A stretch of DNA of 64,000 bases from a plasmid. Position 1 is the stretch's first letter. Each line of letters opens with the position of its first letter. The position numbers and the translations under genes were made by a program. Shown here in pieces: positions 1-7,181 of the stretch. The notes under the pieces were generated by a model. It made no database searches, was not told the DNA's origin, and saw only the letters and a program-made list of their open reading frames with translations. Location: sequence record CP113993.1. One strand, given 5' to 3'.

Positions 1-158
1 CATGATCTGGAAACGATTTTCTGGGGGTGGTGCGGGCGTTTTCCATCACTGTCATCATTTGACCGGTTTTTCTGGCAGGAGGAACCACTCTGGCGGCTGA
101 TTTTTGAAGCCGGTGAGGCCGGTCGTGGTGCACCGGTACAGGTACGTGCACTTGAGCA

Positions 159-788
159 GTGGATGATCCCGAACAAGCTGGAGAACGCAATATGATGAAA
201 TCAGACGAACAATATCAGGTTCCCGTGTGGATGCGACCTCTGTTGCCGTTGCTCTGCAATACCGGTGGTAATGATCCGGAGGAACTGCTGAATGATACAG
301 AAACCACCGCCAGTGCGAATATTGTCCGTTATGTACTGATAGTTGCAGTGCGGTCGCAGATTGATCTGCTGCAGCTACTGTACAGGAAAGGACTGTTGCG
401 CACAGAGATACCAGGTGGCTTTTCACCGGAAGAAGCGCAGGAACTCCTGGATAATTTGGTGCGCAGCCATATCAGCAAGGCGCTGTCGGGTGAGCGAATG
501 GCAGCCCGTGACAGAAATGCCGATCTGACCTGGATTCGCCAGCAACTGGTCGATGCCGCCTGGTTTGTCCGTGCCACACTGGAAGCGCATGGGATGGGCG
601 TCGGAAATGAGAGTCCCTCTGCTCCGCCGGAGACAATGCCGGACATACAGACACGGGAACTGGTTATGTTGATCAAGCGACTGGCATCATCGCTGAAAGC
701 GGTGAAACCCGACAGTAGCGTGGTGCGTGAAGCGCAGGACTGGCTGTGCGACAGAAAACTTGTGGATATCACAGATATTCTCCGGTGA
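159..788 (+). CDS. hypothetical leading-region protein (209 aa; possible internal start at the MMKSDEQ ATG near 192)
   Basis: Long ORF with plasmid-backbone GC content, co-oriented with ardA. No motif recognised. Confidence 0.4.
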   Translation: MDDPEQAGERNMMKSDEQYQVPVWMRPLLPLLCNTGGNDPEELLNDTETTASANIVRYVLIVAVRSQIDLLQLLYRKGLLRTEIPGGFSPEEAQELLDNLVRSHISKALSGERMAARDRNADLTWIRQQLVDAAWFVRATLEAHGMGVGNESPSAPPETMPDIQTRELVMLIKRLASSLKAVKPDSSVVREAQDWLCDRKLVDITDILR

Positions 789-1250
789 ACCAGACATGTA
801 TATTTTACGCAGGGACACGCCGATCATGATCGTTTCATATCAGGGGTGGTCTGGAGGTCATGCGGCGTGTCCTCTGCACTCGCCGGAATAAGGAAGTCGC
901 CGGCGGCTCCGCTTTTACCCGGCCATGCGGGGCATGGCCTTGTGGGTTTTCAGCTCTGTGGCCTCAGCGTCGTGTGCGGGCTGTGCCGTGCCTCCATCTT
1001 AGCCGGGCTGGCGTTGATGCAAGGGTACGCTTCGCCGCTGCGGTCACCCGGTCCCTCCTTCCCGTCTGCCGTGATTTTCCGGTCGTTCACCCGCTCAGAT
1101 TTCGCGGTCTCACCCTCCAACTCCCGCCAGCCGTGTGCGTCAGGCTGCGGCTTCCCTTGCGCCCTGTGCATCCCCGCCTTATCGCCCGGCTTTTATGGAG
1201 GCACGGCACCGCCCGGTGCCGCAGAACATGTGACTATGGAGGATTCGGGA

Positions 1251-1751
1251 ATGTCTGTTGTTGCACCTGCTGTATACGTTGGAACCTGGCACAAATACAA
1301 CTGTGGAAGCATCGCCGGACGCTGGTTTGACCTGACCACGTTTGATGATGAGCGCGACTTTTTCGCCGCCTGCCGTGCTCTTCACCAGGATGAAGCCGAT
1401 CCTGAACTGATGTTTCAGGATTATGAGGGATTCCCGGGGAATATGGCCTCTGAATGCCATATCAACTGGGCCTGGGTTGAAGGCTTCCGCCAGGCACGGG
1501 ATGAAGGCTGCGAAGAGGCTTATCGTCTCTGGGTGGAGGATACCGGTGAGACGGATTTTGACACCTTCCGCGATGCCTGGTGGGGCGAGGCTGACAGTGA
1601 GGAGGCTTTTGCGGTTGAGTTCGCCAGTGATACCGGCCTGCTGGCTGACGTGCCGGAGACGGTGGCGCTCTATTTTGACTATGAGGCGTATGCGCGGGAT
1701 TTATTCCTGGACTCCTTCACCTTTATTGACGGTCATGTGTTCCGTCGGTGA
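1251..1751 (+). CDS. ardA: antirestriction protein ArdA (type I R-M inhibitor, DNA mimic), ~166 aa
   Basis: N-terminus [38 protein letters not shown] matches my memory of ColIb-P9 ArdA. The protein is very acidic. GGAGG lies 8 nt upstream of the ATG at 1251. The six-frame ORF 846..1751 runs further 5' through GC-rich non-coding-looking sequence. Confidence 0.8.
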   Translation: MSVVAPAVYVGTWHKYNCGSIAGRWFDLTTFDDERDFFAACRALHQDEADPELMFQDYEGFPGNMASECHINWAWVEGFRQARDEGCEEAYRLWVEDTGETDFDTFRDAWWGEADSEEAFAVEFASDTGLLADVPETVALYFDYEAYARDLFLDSFTFIDGHVFRR

Positions 1752-2099
1752 TTTACTCCCCCGCTCCGGCGGGGGTATGGCCTGCCAGGCCGCCGGAAAA
1801 CCCTGGCAGGCTTACGCCTGCCTGAAATGCAGGAGGGCCGCGCCTGCGGCGCTGCCCTTCCTGCCCGTCATGGTGTGAGGCATTTTTCTGTTATGTCGTT
1901 TCTGTTGTTCTGATTTCCGGAGGCGGGGACACCTTCGGCTCCCGGCTGCCTGGCGGCATCCGGTCGTCAGGCCCGACTCCGACAGGCAGCTGCTGGCGCA
2001 CCCGCCAGTCTCCGCCGAACCCGCTGGCGCGGTTTCGGGCTGCCGCTACGGTCCGATGTCTGAAAAACCAGGCTTGCAGCGACCGTTCCGGTCGCGCCG

Positions 2100-2470
2100 C
2101 CCCTGTCGCGCCGGAAACGGCGCTCCCTGCACACCTGACGGTGTGTAAGGCCACTGCGCCTGATGGCGCAGTCAACCCTTCCGCCGCCACCCCTGCGGCC
2201 TGTTTCCCGCTGTGGACTTTCCGGGGGCTGGAGTAACCACATCCCGTTTCAGCTGTCCAGGGGAAGATATACCGTCCACAAAATTTTTAGCCATAAACCC
2301 GGCAAAAAATTTTGCGTCCGCCCCCGGACAGCTGCCCCGTGACGTGGTGACGGACGCCCCATCGGAAAGGTCCACTGCGGGGAGAAACCCCGAAGAAGTG
2401 GACGGCAGAAGGGGCTTTCGCCCCTCCGGGGAGCAACCGGTCGGCCCGGCGACCTGATTCAGCAGAAGGA
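2100..2470 (+). promoter_or_regulatory. Frpo/ssi-like single-strand promoter repeat, copy A
   Basis: About 340 bp, roughly 85% identical to 4955..5325. It contains the hairpin ACTGCGCC-TGAT-GGCGCAGT and ends at AAGGAG-N7-ATG of the next ORF. IncI1/IncF leading regions carry dispersed Frpo homologues in front of early genes. Confidence 0.6.
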
Positions 2471-2479
2471 GACGTTTTC

Positions 2480-2914
2480 ATGACTGTCAGCAGCACGATT
2501 TCCGTTTTTTGCCGCGACGGGGTGTTCCGTACCGTTTACTGCCACCTGCACGGTGAGCCGACCTGGAACGGTCGCATCCTGCATACCCACTATGCCACCG
2601 GTCAGCAGGCCGAAGCCCTGGTTGAACACGGTGATATCCGTTGCCTCGGTCCCCGTTGCGACAAACCCGCCGGGCATACGCTTCAGAACCCGGTGGACGG
2701 TGTGACGGCTTATTACGGACGTGACAGTGGTTTCCGGATGGACAGTGAGGCGCGTGAGTACCGTTCTTTCAGGGAGGCTATTGCCACTGAAAGCACTGAA
2801 GAGGTGCGCTTCCATTATGTGTTCATCGACGGCTACTGGAAGGTGATGTACCGCACGCCGGAAGGCTGGAAGATGAAAGCGCTCGCGCTGGCACTGCGTC
2901 GCTGTCCGAAATGA
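2480..2914 (+). CDS. hypothetical leading-region protein (144 aa) directly downstream of Frpo-like copy A
   Basis: ORF with RBS AAGGAG. No recognisable domain, and it does not match PsiB despite the same length. Confidence 0.5.
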   Translation: MTVSSTISVFCRDGVFRTVYCHLHGEPTWNGRILHTHYATGQQAEALVEHGDIRCLGPRCDKPAGHTLQNPVDGVTAYYGRDSGFRMDSEAREYRSFREAIATESTEEVRFHYVFIDGYWKVMYRTPEGWKMKALALALRRCPK

Positions 2915-3007
2915 AAAAAAGGCAGGGCGATAAACCCTGCCTCTCTCCGCCGGCGCTTCCCCGCCAGGAAGTCCGGCATCTCAATCACTATCTATGGAGA
3001 TTATGCC

Positions 3008-3274
3008 ATGAGACCATCAATTATCTTCGCAACCGCCGAGTATGTAAAGCGTCTGCGTGAAGAGTGCCTGCGGGAGAATAAACCCCTGCACCGCCATACC
3101 CGCTTCAGACGTCAGGAGCTGGCACAGGATGAGATTAACCCGGACGTCCTGGCGATGAGCGGCCATATCGCCAGACGCTGCAGTGAGCAGAAGCGGGTGC
3201 GTATCCCCGCTATGAAAGTCAGCGAATGGGGCCACCTGCTCCGCGCGCTTGAAATTGAGCGGGTCTGCCACTGA
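3008..3274 (+). CDS. hypothetical small protein (88 aa)
   Basis: ORF only. A basic, cysteine-containing protein. Confidence 0.3.
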   Translation: MRPSIIFATAEYVKRLREECLRENKPLHRHTRFRRQELAQDEINPDVLAMSGHIARRCSEQKRVRIPAMKVSEWGHLLRALEIERVCH

Positions 3275-3338
3275 TTAACCCTTGCCGTCTGCCTGTGCAG
3301 GCGGCAGGATACGTTCAGACATCTCACCAGGAGGAACC

Positions 3339-4253
3339 GTGAGTAAGAAGAAGACCACCACGACGCCCACGCCGCATGATGCCGCGTTCCGGTCGTTCCT
3401 GGCGAATCCCGACGTCGCCAGAGATTTTCTGGAACTGCATCTTCCGGCGGAGTACCGGCAGTTGTGCGACCTGTCCACGCTGAAGCTGGAACCCGCCACC
3501 TTTGTTGAGCCGGACCTGCATCAGTACGCCAGCGATATCCTCTGGAGTGTGAAAACCACCGGGGGTGAAGATGGCTATGTTTATACGCTCATCGAGCACC
3601 AGAGCACCGAAAATCTGTACATGCCTTTCCGCATGTTACGTTACAGTGTGGCGGCGATGCAGAGACATCTGGAGCAGCACAAAACGTTGCCACTGGTCAT
3701 TCCGGTGCTGTTCTATCACGGTGAGCGCAGCCCGTACCCGTACAGCATGAACTGGCTGGACTGTTTTGAGAATCCGGCGCTTGCGGCTAAAATATACACA
3801 AAGCCGTTTCCGCTGGTTGATATCACTGTCGTTGATGACAATGAAATCATGAACCATCGCCGGATGGCCGCACTGACGCTGCTGATGAAGCATATCCGCC
3901 ATCGTGACATGATGGAGCTGCTGGACAAACTCCCGCAGGTCATGGTGGAAATTTCAGACGAGCAGGTGCGTGTTCTGATTCATTACATCGTTAACGCAGG
4001 GGACTCTGTATCACCGGAATTTATGCGGGCGCTGGCTGAGCGTCTGCCGCAGCATGAGGATAAACTGATGACTATCGCAGAACGTCTTGAGCAAAAAGGT
4101 CGCCAGGAAGGCAGGATGGAAGGACGCATGGAAGGAGCGCTTGAAAAAGCCCTGGCTATTGCGTGCCAGCTTCAGAAAATGGGGATGACGCCGGAGCAGA
4201 TTAAGCAGGCTACCGGACTTTCCGATGACGAACTGAAGAAAATCACTCACTGA
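3339..4253 (+). CDS. rpn: Rpn-family (YhgA-like) recombination-promoting nuclease / PD-(D/E)xK 'transposase_31' protein, ~304 aa from GTG
   Basis: Motifs D-x-LW...GYVYTLIEHQS, typical of the Rpn/YhgA PD-(D/E)xK core. C-terminal helical tail. AGGAGG precedes GTG at 3339. Confidence 0.7.
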   Translation: MSKKKTTTTPTPHDAAFRSFLANPDVARDFLELHLPAEYRQLCDLSTLKLEPATFVEPDLHQYASDILWSVKTTGGEDGYVYTLIEHQSTENLYMPFRMLRYSVAAMQRHLEQHKTLPLVIPVLFYHGERSPYPYSMNWLDCFENPALAAKIYTKPFPLVDITVVDDNEIMNHRRMAALTLLMKHIRHRDMMELLDKLPQVMVEISDEQVRVLIHYIVNAGDSVSPEFMRALAERLPQHEDKLMTIAERLEQKGRQEGRMEGRMEGALEKALAIACQLQKMGMTPEQIKQATGLSDDELKKITH

Positions 4254-4314
4254 GTAAACATCACAGCCCGGCAAAATGCCGGGCTTTTTTGTCAGCAGGA
4301 GCAGAGCAAACAGC

Positions 4315-4473
4315 ATGACGATTGCAGAACGTCTTATTCAAAAAGGCGCACTTGAAGTGGCGCGGGAAATAGCCTGCCGGCTGCGGGATATGGGCTGGAC
4401 GCCGGAACGGATTCAGGAGGCAACCGGACTTTCCGGTGAAGAACTGAAAAAGCTGTTTCCTGATGAGCAGTAG
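4315..4473 (+). CDS. Rpn C-terminal-tail paralogue fragment (52 aa)
   Basis: MTIAERLIQKGALEVAREIACRLRDMGWTPERIQEATGLSGEELKK parallels the end of the upstream Rpn protein (MTIAERLEQKG...ALAIACQLQKMGMTPEQIKQATGLSDDELKK). Confidence 0.35.
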   Translation: MTIAERLIQKGALEVAREIACRLRDMGWTPERIQEATGLSGEELKKLFPDEQ

Positions 4474-4503
4474 CCTGGCATTCAGCCAGGCTGTGAATCA
4501 CGC

Positions 4504-4755
4504 TCACACATCCTCTGCCGTTTCCCCCAGTTCATTTTCCAGTCGCCTGATGATATCTGCCTTACGCATCCCCTGCATGTGAGGCAGCAGGTCACGGACT
4601 GAAAGTGCCTGGGTGGTCCTCCAGACGGTGACGTCCACCTGTTCCGCATTTTCCCAGGCGTGCCATGTTCTCTGCGTCACGCCAAATTCTCTGGCCGCTT
4701 TTTCGCGTGACCAGAGCATGCTTTTTCGCCAGATTCGCAGTTCCCAGCCGGTCAT
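4504..4755 (-). CDS. small HTH (XRE/Cro-like) DNA-binding protein, 83 aa
   Basis: LWSREKAAREFGVTQRTWHAWENAE has a helix-turn-helix pattern. Confidence 0.45.
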   Translation of the reverse strand: MTGWELRIWRKSMLWSREKAAREFGVTQRTWHAWENAEQVDVTVWRTTQALSVRDLLPHMQGMRKADIIRRLENELGETAEDV

Positions 4756-4954
4756 AAAACACCTTTGAAAAAGTGAAAAAACTTCACTTTATTTTATCAT
4801 CACAATTGCCAAATCAGCGCGATAAATAAGTGTAAAAAAGTGAAGAAATTTCATTTTTTTTGCTTGTAAATGTCGTGCGGTTTTCTCTGTTTTCACCTGT
4901 GCGGGAGTGGTGTGCCAGTGACCACCACATGCCATTGTTGTGCCGTCGTTTTTC

Positions 4955-5325
4955 TTCAGTCGCGCCGTATGCGGCGCTCCCTGCACACCTTACGGTGTGT
5001 AAGGCCACTGCGCCTGATGGCGCAGCTGTCTCTGCCTGTCTGCCGCCGCACTGCGGCCTGTTCTCCGCAGACGGACTTTCCGGGGGTACATACATGACCA
5101 CATCCCGTTTCAGTCGTCCAGGGGAGAGATGTACCAGCCACAAAACTTTTTGCCGCAGGCGTCAAAAACTTTTGCGTCTGCCCCCGGACAACTGCCCCGT
5201 GACGTGGTGAGCGTCCCCCGTCGGAAAGGTCCACTGCGGGGAAATCCCCGAAGACCCGGACGGCAGAAGGAGCTTCGCTCCTCCGGGAAATGACCTGGCT
5301 GACCCGGCAGTCGTGACGATGAGGA
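4955..5325 (+). promoter_or_regulatory. Frpo/ssi-like single-strand promoter repeat, copy B
   Basis: Paralogue of 2100..2470 in the same orientation. It ends at GAGGAG just before the 5332/5335 start codon. Confidence 0.6.
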
Positions 5326-5331
5326 GACAAT

Positions 5332-6183
5332 GTGATGAATCAGACTTTACCCACTGCTGACCTGAATACTGCCGGCACGACAGATGTTATTCCGTCTGTG
5401 GCTATCGACCGCATCATCGCGCAGCGTAACGAAGGTATTGCACTGTTCATGCAGGCGATGGAATGCCTGGCGACAGCGCGCAAGATTCTGCTCGATGCGT
5501 CAGGTGATATTTTTCTTTACGGGTTTGAAGACTGCGTGACTGATTCCGTTCGTCGCATAGATAAACCGGAAGAAGCGAAAAGGAATATCACCCGTCTTGC
5601 CGACCGGAAAATCTGGGACCGCCTGATGACAGATACGGGCATGTACACCTTCATGAGTTCATGCCAGCGTGATGAGTGGAATAGCCAGCTGATGAGCGAC
5701 ACCTGTCCTGAAATCACCCTGGACAATGTACTGGCAACATTCCGCCATCTGAATGCCAGCAAGATGCAGACATTTGAACAGGGACTGATTGATGTCTACC
5801 GGAAATTGTCATGGGATTACAGAACCAATAATCCCTGCCGTCTGGGCAAGAGAATCATTATTGAAAACATGCTGTACCGCTGGAGTAACGGACGTGTGAC
5901 GCTGGACTGCAGCGGACGGGAGGCACTGGATGACCTGGTACGTCCTTTTTATCTGCTGGAGGGGCGCAACGTTCCTGACTTCCGGAGCAGCATCGGGGCG
6001 CAGTATGGTGAATTTCTCGGGAACGGCGATAATGTCGGTAAGCTGTTAGAAGGGGAATATTTTACGGTGCGTGGCTACCAGAAAGGGACCGTACACATTG
6101 TCTTTAAGCGTTCTGACCTTGTTGAAAAACTGAATGATATTATTGCACGGCATTATCCTGGTGCATTGCCGCCACGAGTCTGA
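5332..6183 (+). CDS. hypothetical leading-region protein (283 aa; start GTG 5332 or ATG 5335) downstream of Frpo-like copy B
   Basis: Long ORF with an RBS. No catalytic motif recognised. Confidence 0.55.
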   Translation: MMNQTLPTADLNTAGTTDVIPSVAIDRIIAQRNEGIALFMQAMECLATARKILLDASGDIFLYGFEDCVTDSVRRIDKPEEAKRNITRLADRKIWDRLMTDTGMYTFMSSCQRDEWNSQLMSDTCPEITLDNVLATFRHLNASKMQTFEQGLIDVYRKLSWDYRTNNPCRLGKRIIIENMLYRWSNGRVTLDCSGREALDDLVRPFYLLEGRNVPDFRSSIGAQYGEFLGNGDNVGKLLEGEYFTVRGYQKGTVHIVFKRSDLVEKLNDIIARHYPGALPPRV

Positions 6184-6269
6184 TTAAACAGAAAAGCCCT
6201 GGTATTTATGCCGGGGCTTTTTTTTTCTGTAATCATCATAATCTCAGAACACGATGTGACATTGTCACA

Positions 6270-6611
6270 TCAATTGTTGTTCATATCGATGCCATCTTTC
6301 CTGCCTGAATCTGTCTTTTTAGGTGCTGTTTTAGAGGAAGAACGGCGGGATGGTTTTTTCGATTCTGCTTCCCGAATAATGTCACGAAGTGCCTTCTCTC
6401 CTACTTCATACCCTGCATTTTTGAGCGTGTCACGAACATCTGCCAGTGTATAACCCTTTGTCCTTACCAGGACAATAATGTCATCACGAATGGCATCAAG
6501 AAAATCACGCAATGTTTTCCGTTGAGCGGTGAGGTCCGGCAATTCCGATAAAGCAGCTTTTGCCAGCTGGATGTCATCATCTGAGTAAAATTTTTTAGAA
6601 GCCATTGGCAC
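6270..6611 (-). CDS. hypothetical protein with a basic lysine/serine-rich C-terminal tail (113 aa), divergent from nikA across oriT
   Basis: ORF only. The C-terminus KKPSRRSSSKTAPKKTDSGRK suggests nucleic-acid binding. Confidence 0.45.
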   Translation of the reverse strand: MPMASKKFYSDDDIQLAKAALSELPDLTAQRKTLRDFLDAIRDDIIVLVRTKGYTLADVRDTLKNAGYEVGEKALRDIIREAESKKPSRRSSSKTAPKKTDSGRKDGIDMNNN

Positions 6612-6755
6612 TTTCTCTCCGTTTAATGTTGAAGCCTGATTTTATCACCAAAAACTGACTCCTGGCAGGGCTGCGCCCTGCCTCTGCCGTCTGCATAAGA
6701 CTATGATGCACAAAAATAACAGGCTATAATGGCCTGAAAAACGGGACAGGATGTG

Positions 6756-6793
6756 CAATTGTAATACCGTCACACGCGACGCTATTACAATTG
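6756..6793. promoter_or_regulatory. oriT: candidate oriT recognition element: perfect 11-bp inverted repeat CAATTGTAATA-N16-TATTACAATTG
   Basis: Read directly from the sequence. It lies immediately upstream of nikA, where IncI1 oriT is located. Confidence 0.5.
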
Positions 6794-6838
6794 CCATCTG
6801 GTCAGGGCTTCGCCCCGACACCCCGTAAGGAGCCTGAA

Positions 6839-7171
6839 GTGAGTGATAGTGCGGTAAGAAAGAAAAGTGAGGTACGGCAAAAGACAGTTGTCAGGACACT
6901 CAGATTCTCTCCTGTTGAGGATGAAACCATCAGGAAAAAAGCTGAAGATTCCGGACTTACTGTATCTGCTTACATCCGAAATGCAGCACTGAATAAGCGA
7001 ATTAACTCCCGTACAGATGATGCTTTTCTGAAGGAGTTAATGAGACTGGGAAGGATGCAGAAGCATCTGTTTGTTCAGGGAAAAAGAACCGGTGACAAGG
7101 AATACGCAGAAGTGCTTGTTGCCATAACCGAACTTACAAATACATTGCGTAAACAGTTAATGGAAGGTTGA
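6839..7171 (+). CDS. nikA: relaxosome accessory protein NikA (ribbon-helix-helix, MobC-like), 110 aa from GTG
   Basis: AAGGAG-N8-GTG at 6839, in frame with the 6791 ORF. Motif RFSPVEDETIRKKAEDSGLTVSAYIRNAAL is typical of RHH mobilisation proteins. Size and position match R64 nikA. Confidence 0.75.
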   Translation: MSDSAVRKKSEVRQKTVVRTLRFSPVEDETIRKKAEDSGLTVSAYIRNAALNKRINSRTDDAFLKELMRLGRMQKHLFVQGKRTGDKEYAEVLVAITELTNTLRKQLMEG

Positions 7172-7181
7172 GGATTCTCCT

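Noticed and set aside
846-1250. N-terminal 135-codon extension of the ardA reading frame (six-frame ORF 846..1751)
   Set aside because: The translation is low-complexity (Ala/Gly/Pro/Ser/Cys). The canonical ArdA start MSVVAPAVY with GGAGG is at 1251. The open frame is a by-product of GC-rich non-coding DNA.
1891-2457. Several overlapping ORFs on both strands (1891..2190-, 1967..2242-, 2172..2375-, 2212..2457+)
   Set aside because: They lie inside Frpo-like repeat copy A. The paralogous copy B has different reading-frame content, so they are non-coding.
4814-5330. ORFs 4814..5143-, 4860..5210+, 4956..5330-
   Set aside because: They lie inside Frpo-like repeat copy B and its upstream A/T-rich region, and are inconsistent between the copies.
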